From a virus (taxonomy: Duplodnaviria; Heunggongvirae; Uroviricota; Caudoviricetes): a DNA stretch of 47,472 nucleotides. The position numbers and the translations under genes were made by a program. This document shows positions 17,507 through 25,738 of the stretch, piece by piece. A model generated the notes under the pieces. The model was not told the origin of the DNA and ran no database searches. It saw only the letters and a list, made by a program, of their open reading frames with translations. Each line of letters begins with the position of its first letter. Positions within the stretch are counted from its first letter, which is position 1. The stretch lies in the IMG/VR virus record IMGVR_UViG_2698536559_000020; one strand, 5' to 3'.

Positions 17507-18079
17507 ATGAAAACCTTCATCTGTACTGCCAGCGGTCCTTCGCTGTCTGCTGAGGACTGCCGGTTTATTGCGGACTGCGGTCTGCCTGTCATCGCCGTTA
17601 ACAGCACCTGGAAACGGGTTCCTTTTGCCACGCACGTGTTTGCCTGTGACTTCTCCTGGTGGAAGGCCTGCGTCCGTCACATCACCATTCCGGCTCAGCG
17701 CTGGACTGACAGCCGGGCTGCTCACAAGCGCTTCGGCATTAACTTCTTTCCTGAAGAGCGCGGCTCTCCGGTTAACTCCGGCAGACGGGCCATTGAGTTT
17801 GCGCTCTGGCTGGGAGCGGAGCGGGTGATTCTGCTGGGATATGACTGCTCCGTCTCACGCGGAACACACTGGCACGGTGACCATCCGGAGGGGCTTAAGA
17901 ACCCGACGGAGAACAGCACACGTCTGTGGCGGAGCGAATTTGAAAAACACGCGTCCGTACTGAATGCACGGGCGGAAATCATCAACTGTTCGGTGGAAAC
18001 AGCCCTGACCTGCTTTCCCCGGCGACGGCTCAGGGAGGTTCTTGATGCCACTGTCAAAAAGTCGCCCCGTGTATGTTAA
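17507..18079 (+). CDS. DUF115 / GT42-like (Cst sialyltransferase-like) glycosyltransferase-domain protein
   Basis: N-terminal …ASGPSL… then …VIAVN…, …FACDFSWW…, …ILLGYDC… resemble the GxGPSL / RCNQF / LSGIDFY motifs of Cst-II-type enzymes; no SD upstream, start immediately follows a hairpin. Confidence 0.4.
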   Translation: MKTFICTASGPSLSAEDCRFIADCGLPVIAVNSTWKRVPFATHVFACDFSWWKACVRHITIPAQRWTDSRAAHKRFGINFFPEERGSPVNSGRRAIEFALWLGAERVILLGYDCSVSRGTHWHGDHPEGLKNPTENSTRLWRSEFEKHASVLNARAEIINCSVETALTCFPRRRLREVLDATVKKSPRVC

Positions 18080-18977
18080 GGGAATGCACGGGATTGGCGA
18101 CAACATTAACCAGCGCATGTTCATTGATGCGCTTTCGCGTGCCGGATACAGGGTGGAGCTACAGACACCCCTGCCACAGCTTTACGCGGACCTGCCGGGG
18201 GTGACCTTCATTCCCTCGGAGACCACCCTGCGTACCCAGCAGAAAAATGAGCAGCGGGCCTACAGGAGCCTGCCGTACATCGCCCGACCCTCACCGGATG
18301 CACAGCGTATCCGCATCATGCATGACCGGCAGAGCAAGGCGCAGGGGGAAAGCGTCGTTATGACAATGACACGACAGTTCGGGATTGCGCCAGCTCCGGC
18401 GTCTCTTCCGTCGTTCAGGCGTTCATCACTGGTGGTGACCGACAAACCGGTGGCGGTGATTCGTCCGACAACGGTGCGCAATGAGTGGAAGACCACCTCT
18501 CGTGGACCGCTGAATGAGTACATCGACATGGCCTCGCGGATGCTCGCTTCGCGCGGTTATCACTGTGTGAGTGTGGCAGACCTTAACGAGTCTGATGCCT
18601 GTGAAAAGCGTCGCGAATGGATTGACGGCATGGTGCCGTTTGCGCATCAGCGATTTCATCACGGTGAGCTGTCACCGGAAGAACTGCTGTCACTGACTGA
18701 GAGCGCGGCTGTGGTGGTCTGCGGGGACTGTCTGCTGCTGCACGCAGCGATAGCGTACGGTACCCCGCTGCTGGCCATTCTTGGTGGCATGGGCGGTGCC
18801 TGTCGTCCTGAGATTATTGCTGACCCGTCCCACTATGACCTGTCGAAGGTGTGCTTCATTAAGCCGGACAATTTCTGTCTGTGTCATGAGATGACGCACG
18901 ACTGCGACAAGCACATCAGCGGAGCGGAAGGCAAAATCGCGGCGTTTCTGGATGGCCCCGTATTCAGGGGAGGCTGA
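18045..18977 (+). CDS. GT9-like (heptosyltransferase-fold, GT-B) glycosyltransferase
   Basis: N-terminal …GIGDNINQ…, C-terminal …VVVCGDCLLLHAAIAYGTPLLAILGG… resemble GT9 motifs; GGGAGG SD; overlaps upstream gene by 35 nt. Confidence 0.45.
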   Translation: MPLSKSRPVYVKGMHGIGDNINQRMFIDALSRAGYRVELQTPLPQLYADLPGVTFIPSETTLRTQQKNEQRAYRSLPYIARPSPDAQRIRIMHDRQSKAQGESVVMTMTRQFGIAPAPASLPSFRRSSLVVTDKPVAVIRPTTVRNEWKTTSRGPLNEYIDMASRMLASRGYHCVSVADLNESDACEKRREWIDGMVPFAHQRFHHGELSPEELLSLTESAAVVVCGDCLLLHAAIAYGTPLLAILGGMGGACRPEIIADPSHYDLSKVCFIKPDNFCLCHEMTHDCDKHISGAEGKIAAFLDGPVFRGG

Positions 18978-18978
18978 T

Positions 18979-19299
18979 ATGCCTGACAAATCACCGGGAT
19001 TCTGGATGTCCCTGCTGGCCTGGTTTCGGGCGGAGCCGGATGTGTCTGTTGCTGCTGCAACCGGGCTGATGGCCCTGCTGCGTTCCTGTCAGCAGGGAAA
19101 GTCACTGAGGGCGATGTTGCTGGACTCATGCATCTGCGCCTTTCTGGCGTTTTATCTGCGTGATGCGCTGGGGCTGTGCGGTGTGGACCAGGACTGGGCC
19201 ATGATTCTGGGCGTGGTGCTGGGGTATCTGGGGACAGAGTTCATCCGCACCCTGCTGATTCGCTGGGCGGAGCGTCGCGCCGGGATTACCCGACACTGA
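18979..19299 (+). CDS. class I holin (lambda S-like)
   Basis: …CICAFLAFYLRDALGLCG…ILGVVLGYLGTEFIRTLLIRWAERRAG… aligns with lambda S; followed by endolysin. Confidence 0.75.
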   Translation: MPDKSPGFWMSLLAWFRAEPDVSVAAATGLMALLRSCQQGKSLRAMLLDSCICAFLAFYLRDALGLCGVDQDWAMILGVVLGYLGTEFIRTLLIRWAERRAGITRH

Positions 19300-19312
19300 A
19301 GGAGTTCTCATT

Positions 19313-19780
19313 ATGAACAAAAATGTGAAGGCCTTTCTGGATGCGCTGGCGTGGACAGAAGGCACCAGTACCAGCCGTTACACGAAAAATGACGGTTACG
19401 ACATCATCGTTGACGGCATCGACTCGCCGCACACCTTCACGGACTACAGCACACATCCGGCTGTTCTGGTCACGGTTAACCGTCGCGGGCTGAAATCCAC
19501 GGCAGCAGGGCGTTACCAGCTGCTGTCCCGTTACTGGCCGCATTACCGCGACCTGCTGAAACTGCCGGACTTCTCGCCAGCCTCACAGGATGCGGTGGCC
19601 GTGCAGATGATAAAGGAGCAGGGGGCATATGCGGATGTGGTGGCGGGGCGTACTGAGATTGCCGTGCAGAAGTGCCGGAACATCTGGGCCAGCCTGCCGG
19701 GGGCCGGATACGGTCAGCGTGAGGTGACGATGGCGATGTTCGTGGCGCAGTACCGGCGCTGTGGCGGGGTGACGGCATGA
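19313..19780 (+). CDS. endolysin, lambda R-type lytic transglycosylase
   Basis: …KAFLD.LAWSEGT…GAGRYQLLSR.W…FSP.SQDAVA.Q.IKE.GA…IWASLPGAGYGQ… matches lambda R. Confidence 0.85.
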   Translation: MNKNVKAFLDALAWTEGTSTSRYTKNDGYDIIVDGIDSPHTFTDYSTHPAVLVTVNRRGLKSTAAGRYQLLSRYWPHYRDLLKLPDFSPASQDAVAVQMIKEQGAYADVVAGRTEIAVQKCRNIWASLPGAGYGQREVTMAMFVAQYRRCGGVTA

Positions 19781-20013
19781 GTGTGATACCGCAATGGCGT
19801 TACTGGTGGCGTTTCTACTCGACGCATGCCCTGCTTATCGCCTCTGCCGTGCCGCTGGCGATGAATGAGGCGGAATCATATCTCGGGCAGTCGCTGCCGT
19901 TCTGGCTGAAGCTGCTGGTTGCCCTGGTCATTCTGGTCAGTGGTGTGACTGGTCGTCTGATTGTGCAGGTGAAGGAGGGGGAGAATGTGGACACTGCTCA
20001 GCGCACTGATTAG
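19777..20013 (+). CDS. small membrane protein (78 aa) in the lysis cassette
   Basis: two hydrophobic segments; ATG overlaps endolysin stop. Confidence 0.35.
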   Translation: MSVIPQWRYWWRFYSTHALLIASAVPLAMNEAESYLGQSLPFWLKLLVALVILVSGVTGRLIVQVKEGENVDTAQRTD

Positions 20014-20266
20014 TGCCATTGCCGCCTTCTTCGGTGCCAGAAAGGCTGATACCGCACAGAGCGAAAAACAGCTCATCAACCGCACGTCCCGTACCGGGGC
20101 TGACATCACCCGAAAAACACAGAGGAAAACAGAACGTGAAATTCGTGAAGCGACTGATATCAGCGCTGCTGATTCCGGGCGCGTGCGTGCTTCTGGCAGC
20201 GTGTCAGAACGCACCGGAATCATTAACGACGCAATCCGACGGGTTAACGGTGAAGGCCACCGTTAA
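19985..20266 (+). CDS. i-spanin (Rz-like)
   Basis: N-terminal TM helix then charged helical periplasmic domain; contains the start of the o-spanin in another frame. Confidence 0.55.
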   Translation: MWTLLSALISAIAAFFGARKADTAQSEKQLINRTSRTGADITRKTQRKTEREIREATDISAADSGRVRASGSVSERTGIINDAIRRVNGEGHR

Positions 20267-20480
20267 CTGTGGAGAGGACACGCCTTTCCACACGCTGCCG
20301 TCTTATCCGGAGTGCAGTGAATGTGACAAGACTGACGACCCTGCTGTTCTGCGCGATTACATCGCTGCTCAGCAGGCGTGGGCCATCGACGCCGTCGGTG
20401 TCCACACCTGGAACAGCATATTACGTGACAATACCGCCAGCTGTCTCAGACAACTGCGGGACAGCGGCATCATCAACTGA
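20136..20480 (+). CDS. o-spanin (Rz1-like lipoprotein), GTG start, overlapped architecture
   Basis: signal peptide with lipobox LLAAC (…KFVKRLISALLIPGACVLLAAC…), starts inside the i-spanin gene in a different frame. Confidence 0.5.
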   Translation: MKFVKRLISALLIPGACVLLAACQNAPESLTTQSDGLTVKATVNCGEDTPFHTLPSYPECSECDKTDDPAVLRDYIAAQQAWAIDAVGVHTWNSILRDNTASCLRQLRDSGIIN

Positions 20481-20502
20481 ACCTGACGCAGAGGAAAGAA
20501 AC

Positions 20503-20853
20503 ATGAGCGTATCACTCAGCACCCTGTCAACGATTGTCTCCGGCGTGTCAGCGATAGCGTCGGGGGTGGTCAGTGTTTACGAAAACGGCGCGAAGCTGCT
20601 GGACATTATGAAGTCTGCCATCGTGAAGGTGGAAGAGGCTTACGAAGCGCTGAAGGCAACGGGTGCCACCAAGAAGGCGCTGGTGCTTGCCACCCTGAAA
20701 GCGGCGGCAGAGTCGCTGGGGGAGGAATGGGACAACATCTGCGCCTATTTCTCGGCGCTGATTGACTCGGTGGTGGACCTGTACAACACGGCGGTGGCGG
20801 CAATATCCGGTACGACGGATGAAGACGCCGCCGGCGAAGAGGTTACCGCCTGA
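20503..20853 (+). CDS. hypothetical protein (116 aa)
   Basis: GAGGAAAGAAAC upstream of ATG; followed by hairpin plus T-run. Confidence 0.45.
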   Translation: MSVSLSTLSTIVSGVSAIASGVVSVYENGAKLLDIMKSAIVKVEEAYEALKATGATKKALVLATLKAAAESLGEEWDNICAYFSALIDSVVDLYNTAVAAISGTTDEDAAGEEVTA

Positions 20854-20900
20854 TAACGCCCTTTCATCCCGAAGGGGCTTTTTTTTGACGAGGAGAAAAA

Positions 20901-21332
20901 ATGTCAAAAATCACACTAACGGTCGCAGAGACCATCAGCATTGTGCTGAACAACGATGATGTGCTTTCTCTGGTGAAGCAGAAATATCTGGAATCCACGC
21001 CGCCGGAATTTGACCTGAGCGAACTGGAGGCGCTGGTCAGTGACACGTCAGATGATGACGAACCAGAGGCTGACGAATCAGAGACTGATACGGACAGTCT
21101 GGCACTGTCTGAAACGACGGTCAGCGGAAAGGCGGGCGACACACTCACCGTTCAGGCCACCGCCGCAGGCGACAGCGACGTGCAGGTGAATACCTCAGAC
21201 CTGAGCGTTGCGACAGCAGAATATGCAGACGGCGTGCTTACCATCACTCTGGTGGCAGAAGGCACGGCAACCATCACACTGACGAAAGGTGAGTCCTCTG
21301 CGGAGGTGGCAGTCACCGTGACGGCAGACTGA
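20901..21332 (+). CDS. hypothetical acidic protein with Ig-like (BIG2-like) C-terminal segment
   Basis: GAGGAGAAAAA SD; followed by strong terminator CCCCGG…CCGGGG T5. Confidence 0.45.
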   Translation: MSKITLTVAETISIVLNNDDVLSLVKQKYLESTPPEFDLSELEALVSDTSDDDEPEADESETDTDSLALSETTVSGKAGDTLTVQATAAGDSDVQVNTSDLSVATAEYADGVLTITLVAEGTATITLTKGESSAEVAVTVTAD

Positions 21333-21405
21333 TAAAACAAAACCCCGGCTGCGGGAACAGTCCGGGGTTTTTAGTTTTCTGACCTTGGGTAAGGCAAGGG
21401 AGAGC

Positions 21406-21588
21406 ATGAGGAAGTATAAACGAATTCTGTTGAGGTTGACTATGAAAAACGGCCTTGAATTGAAAGCGCCTGTAACTGATGACATCAGCAGAGCGGTGGC
21501 TTTTGCCATTAAGTGGGTGGCGGTTGGCATAGCCGTGTCTCCGATGCTGTATGGGCTGGCAAAATTGATTGTTGCTCTGAAATCGTGA
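21406..21588 (+). CDS. small membrane-anchored hypothetical protein (60 aa)
   Basis: GGGAGAG SD; C-terminal hydrophobic helix. Confidence 0.35.
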   Translation: MRKYKRILLRLTMKNGLELKAPVTDDISRAVAFAIKWVAVGIAVSPMLYGLAKLIVALKS

Positions 21589-22041
21589 GTGGGGATGGGG
21601 GTTATGAGGAGCATGGCAACTGATGATAAAAGCAGAAACGACTCCGCAGGGGGCAGATGATGCCGCAAAAATCATCGTGGTATGCCGGGGCATCAGACAT
21701 ATACTGACGCCAGTTGCATGGATTATTTGTACCGCACTGGTTGCATACACAACAATTTATTTAAACAGATGAGTACTGATTTTATTCGGGCAACGGCCTT
21801 TGCAATTCGCCTTGTGGCGATCGCTGTTCTGATTTGGGCTGTGCGTTGGTGGTGATATGACGCGAAAACACTGGACACACAGAATGCCGCGAACGGCGGC
21901 GAAATGGGCACTGGTAGCGATACTGGTGCCTTTTTTCCTGGTGAGTTGCGTCAGCCCGGACAGGGCGCGACTGCTGTTCCGTTTAAGTTTGAGTTGTCTC
22001 AACTGGTGGAGATGCGCATCAGTGATGAATGGGGGGGGGTT

Positions 22042-22707
22042 ATGGCTGATCTTAAAGATCTCAGCAGGCAGCTTCTGGGAGTGCAGAAGCAGGTGCGCTT
22101 TGCCACTGCGCGCGCCATCACTGCCACGGTGAGAAAAATTGAAGCGGCAGAGAAAGAAAACCTTCGCCGGAAGCTGGAGAATCCGACACCGTTCACAGTG
22201 AACTCGGTGCGCTCAAAAGGGGCGACAAAGGACAATCTGACCGGGCGGGTGTTCATCATGGATACCGCCGTGCCTTACCTTGAACCCTTTGAGGTGGGAG
22301 GGCTGCATTATCTCGGTGAGGGGCAGAAAGCTGTACTGAACCCGAAAAATATCCGGCTGAACAAATACGGCAACCTGCCAAAGGCAAAACTGCAACAGCT
22401 GAAGGCCAGACCGGATGTGTTCATCGGTAAGGTGATGAACAACGATGGTGAGGCCGTTGGTGGCGTCTGGCAGCGTAAGAAAGCGAAAAAAGTGGCAAAA
22501 ACCAGGAAGCGGAGAAAACGCTCTCCCAATGGCACACGCGCTCCCCGCAAAAAAAACCGTCCACCAAAGCTGTTGATACGTTTTGGTGATGCACTGCCGG
22601 TCACGCCGGTACTGGGTTATCAGGAACTGGCCCATGACATGGCATCGCGTCTCATGAAGACGGAGCTGAATGTGGCGCTTGAACAGGCTTTAAAGACGGC
22701 GAAGTGA
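22042..22707 (+). CDS. hypothetical basic protein (221 aa) upstream of terS
   Basis: ATG preceded by a G9 homopolymer acting as SD; Lys/Arg-rich segment (…KKAKKVAKTRKRRKR…). Confidence 0.45.
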   Translation: MADLKDLSRQLLGVQKQVRFATARAITATVRKIEAAEKENLRRKLENPTPFTVNSVRSKGATKDNLTGRVFIMDTAVPYLEPFEVGGLHYLGEGQKAVLNPKNIRLNKYGNLPKAKLQQLKARPDVFIGKVMNNDGEAVGGVWQRKKAKKVAKTRKRRKRSPNGTRAPRKKNRPPKLLIRFGDALPVTPVLGYQELAHDMASRLMKTELNVALEQALKTAK

Positions 22708-22810
22708 TGCAGACAGTACAGCAGGTGGGTAACGGGTCCTTCCTGAGCGGGTTATTGCACGGGCATTGCGCGAGCGCGGTGTTTCGCTAGCTATAAATTT
22801 TTGAAATTTG

Positions 22811-23165
22811 GGTAACAGGTAACAGAGGGTAACAGATGAATCAGGCGGAATTCGCAAAACTTCACGGTGTCAGCCGCAAGACGGTAACAGCGTGGAAGGC
22901 CCGTGGCTGGCTGGTTCTGGACGGTGAGGACATCGATGTTAATGCCTCAAACGAGCGGATCCGGCGTTACCGGAAAACTGTTACCCGAGCAAAAATTGAG
23001 CAAAAAGGTAACGCTTTGGGTAACAGGGTAACACCCGAAGGTAACAAAAAAACTGTTACCCGAACAAAAAACGAGCAAAAAGGTAACAGGGTAACACGCA
23101 AGGGTAACCGTTTGGGTAACAGGGTAGCACCTGAAGGTAACACTCCGGGTAACAACGAAGGTAAC
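22811..23165. repeat. array of about 17 GGTAAC(A) repeats upstream of and inside terS (candidate terminase recognition sites)
   Basis: three tandem GGTAACAG copies immediately before the terS ATG and many more within the gene, a few inverted; they encode the repeated GNRV/GN motifs in the protein. Confidence 0.6.
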
Positions 23166-23549
23166 AGCATTGCTCTGTACGATTACTCCCCTGATGTTTC
23201 GAAAGAAGCACGGGTTGAACAGTTCATTGCCAGCCACGGGGCCATGATGACCCTCGATGAAGCCAGAACCATGAAAGAGAACTATTTCGCGCTGCTGGCA
23301 AAACTCGAGTATGACGAAAAGAAAGGAACGCTGCTCCCGTGGAAGCATATGATTGATCGGGTGAGTAGTGAATATACCCGGATGAGGACGCGCCTTGTTG
23401 CCCTTGCGCCGGAGCATGGTCCTCGTCTGCGGGTGCTGGCGGGGATGACTGACGATCAGGGATTCACAGCAGCGTTGCAGGAACTGATTTACGAGGCGCT
23501 TAGTGAACTTGGAACTGATGACAGGGCATCCGCCGGAGATACAGTTTGA
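22836..23549 (+). CDS. terminase small subunit
   Basis: N-terminal HTH (…MNQAEFAKLHGVSRKTVTAWKARGW…), immediately upstream of and overlapping terL. Confidence 0.7.
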   Translation: MNQAEFAKLHGVSRKTVTAWKARGWLVLDGEDIDVNASNERIRRYRKTVTRAKIEQKGNALGNRVTPEGNKKTVTRTKNEQKGNRVTRKGNRLGNRVAPEGNTPGNNEGNSIALYDYSPDVSKEARVEQFIASHGAMMTLDEARTMKENYFALLAKLEYDEKKGTLLPWKHMIDRVSSEYTRMRTRLVALAPEHGPRLRVLAGMTDDQGFTAALQELIYEALSELGTDDRASAGDTV

Positions 23550-25482
23550 AGAGGCGCTGATCCTGGCGCGAGGATGTGCCGTTCCGGCCCCGCCGATGTC
23601 CTTAAGCCAGTGGGCCAACACCTTCGCTGTACTTTCCCGTGAGACCAGTGCCCAGACGGGGAAATTCCGCTCCTATCCCTATCAGGACGGCATGATGGAT
23701 GCCATCACAGACCCGTCGGTCACGTATGTGTCAGTGATGAAATCAGCCCGTGTGGGATACACGAAAATTCTTGACCATGCGGTGGGCTATTACCTGGCAC
23801 ATGATCCGTCCCCCATCCTGGTGGTTCAGCCGAGGGTGGAGGACGCCGAAGACTACAGTAAAACCGAAATTGCCCCGATGCTGCGCGACACGCCGGTGCT
23901 GGCAGCCATCAGCGGCGACCCGAAGGCAAAAAACAGCAACCAGACCATTCTTCGCAAAACCTTTTCCAACGGCGCAAACCTCACGCTGGTCGGGGCCAAC
24001 TCCCCCGGCGGGTTTCGCCGTATCACATGCCGCATCATCCTTTTTGATGAGGTGGACGGGTATCCGGCAGGGGGCGCAGGATCCGAAGGGGATCAGATTG
24101 CGCTGGGAACAAAACGTTCCGAAACCTTCTGGAACCGCAAGATTGTGCTCGGCTCCACGCCAACCGTGAAAGGCGTGAGCCGTATTGAAAAAGCCTGGCT
24201 GGAAAGCGATCAGCGCCGCTACTTCGTGCCCTGTCCTCAATGCGGGGAATATCAGGTGCTGGAGTGGGGCAGCAAAAGCACCCCTTACGGCATCAAGTGG
24301 GAAAAGGACAGCGAAGGAAACGGGCTGCCGGAGACCGCTTACTATCTGTGCCGCCACCACGGCTGTGTGATTGTGCACAGTGAACTGCCCGGGATGCTGG
24401 CAAAAGGCGAATGGCGTGCCGGTGCACCATTCAGGGGGCATGCCGGTTTTCATATCTGGACGGGATACAGTCCACACTCAAATGCTTCCTGGCCGAATCT
24501 GGTCGCCGAGTGGCTGAGGGTGAAGGACGATCCGCTGATGCGCCAGACATTCATCAACACCACGCTGGGCGAGCCTTACGAGGATGCAGGCGAGTTTGCG
24601 ATGAGTGAGCAGCGGCTGATCGCCCGCGTTGAGGTCTGGGGGGCGGAGGTGCCGCATGGCGTGCTCCTGCTCACCGCCGGGGTGGATACACAGGATGACC
24701 GCTTTGAAATCACCGTTCTCGGCTGGGGCATGAACGAAGAGTGCTGGGTGATTGCGCATGACGTGATTTTTGGTGACCTGGAAACAGAAGAGCCGTGGGA
24801 GCGCCTTGACGCGTATCTGAAACAGGTCTGGCGGCGGGCTGACGGTTTCGGGCTGACGGTTTCGGCAGTCTGTCATGACTCGGGCGGTCATCACACCAAC
24901 AAAGTGTACGAGTTCTCGAAGGCGCGTATCGGGCGTCGTATCTGGGCGACAAAAGGTGAGTCCGCCACTGGCGGCAAACGTAATCCCGTCTGGCCGACGC
25001 GTGTCGTTTCGTCCCGCAACCGGAAATCCTTCCGCCCCGTCATTCTGGGGGTGAACTCCGCGAAGGACGACATCAGGCACCGGCTGCATATTGAGCCGGA
25101 TCCGGCAGGCGCGCCGACCGCAGGCTGTATCCATTTTCCGTCGTTTCTGGATCTGCACTATTTCAGTCAGCTGCTCTCTGAGCGTCTGGTACGTAAGGAG
25201 AGCGGCGGGCAGGTGTACCGTGTCTGGGAGTTGTCTTCCGGGCGGGCGAATGAGGCGCTGGACTGCATGGTGTACGGTTACGCGGCCCTGAAGGGGCTGC
25301 TGCATCACGGCCTGAAACTGAACCGTCTGGCTGAACGGGCGGCGCAGGATCTGTCGTTTATGGCGCCGCCTCCCGCGCAGCCGGAAGAAAAAATCAGTTT
25401 AAGTATGCCGGGCGCAAAAGCACCGGAGACACCCCGTAAGAAAATACCGCTGCATATGAGGCTTGCAGGAGTGAGACGATGA
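23503..25482 (+). CDS. terminase large subunit (lambda gpA family); start may be at 23518
   Basis: …VKSARVGY.K.L…, …IL.DEVD…, …CP.CGE.Q.L.WG…, …FHIWT.YSP…, …NTTLGE.. match lambda A. Confidence 0.85.
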   Translation: MNLELMTGHPPEIQFEEALILARGCAVPAPPMSLSQWANTFAVLSRETSAQTGKFRSYPYQDGMMDAITDPSVTYVSVMKSARVGYTKILDHAVGYYLAHDPSPILVVQPRVEDAEDYSKTEIAPMLRDTPVLAAISGDPKAKNSNQTILRKTFSNGANLTLVGANSPGGFRRITCRIILFDEVDGYPAGGAGSEGDQIALGTKRSETFWNRKIVLGSTPTVKGVSRIEKAWLESDQRRYFVPCPQCGEYQVLEWGSKSTPYGIKWEKDSEGNGLPETAYYLCRHHGCVIVHSELPGMLAKGEWRAGAPFRGHAGFHIWTGYSPHSNASWPNLVAEWLRVKDDPLMRQTFINTTLGEPYEDAGEFAMSEQRLIARVEVWGAEVPHGVLLLTAGVDTQDDRFEITVLGWGMNEECWVIAHDVIFGDLETEEPWERLDAYLKQVWRRADGFGLTVSAVCHDSGGHHTNKVYEFSKARIGRRIWATKGESATGGKRNPVWPTRVVSSRNRKSFRPVILGVNSAKDDIRHRLHIEPDPAGAPTAGCIHFPSFLDLHYFSQLLSERLVRKESGGQVYRVWELSSGRANEALDCMVYGYAALKGLLHHGLKLNRLAERAAQDLSFMAPPPAQPEEKISLSMPGAKAPETPRKKIPLHMRLAGVRR

Positions 25483-25730
25483 TGAATACCCCCGGCGTGT
25501 TTGCCGGAATGTCAAAAGAACAACTGAAGGCGGCACTGAATGAAGCTCAGGCGGCCTATATTGAGCTGCTTTCAGGGCGGCGTGGCGTGAGTTTCTCCTA
25601 TGCACAGGGGGACGGCACGCGCACCGTGACTTATTCACAGGCCAGCAGTGCGGATTTGCTGGCGCTGATCGCGACGCTCCAGCGGGCGCTGGGGATAAGG
25701 ACGAGAAGGTCCCTGAGCGTGCGTTACTGA
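25479..25730 (+). CDS. head-tail joining protein, lambda gpW-like
   Basis: size and position between terL and portal. Confidence 0.55.
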   Translation: MMNTPGVFAGMSKEQLKAALNEAQAAYIELLSGRRGVSFSYAQGDGTRTVTYSQASSADLLALIATLQRALGIRTRRSLSVRY

Positions 25731-25738
25731 GGTGAGCG

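Noticed and set aside
21857-22132. 91-aa ORF with lipoprotein-like N-terminus
   Set aside because: Trp/Arg/Cys-rich after the first 30 residues and overlaps the better-supported gene starting at 22042; kept only as a possibility linked to the G9 tract.
22811-23165. Possible CRISPR array suggested by the repeated GGTAAC motif
   Set aside because: Repeat unit is only 6-8 bp with irregular spacing, lies inside terS and encodes protein repeats; no cas genes in the window.
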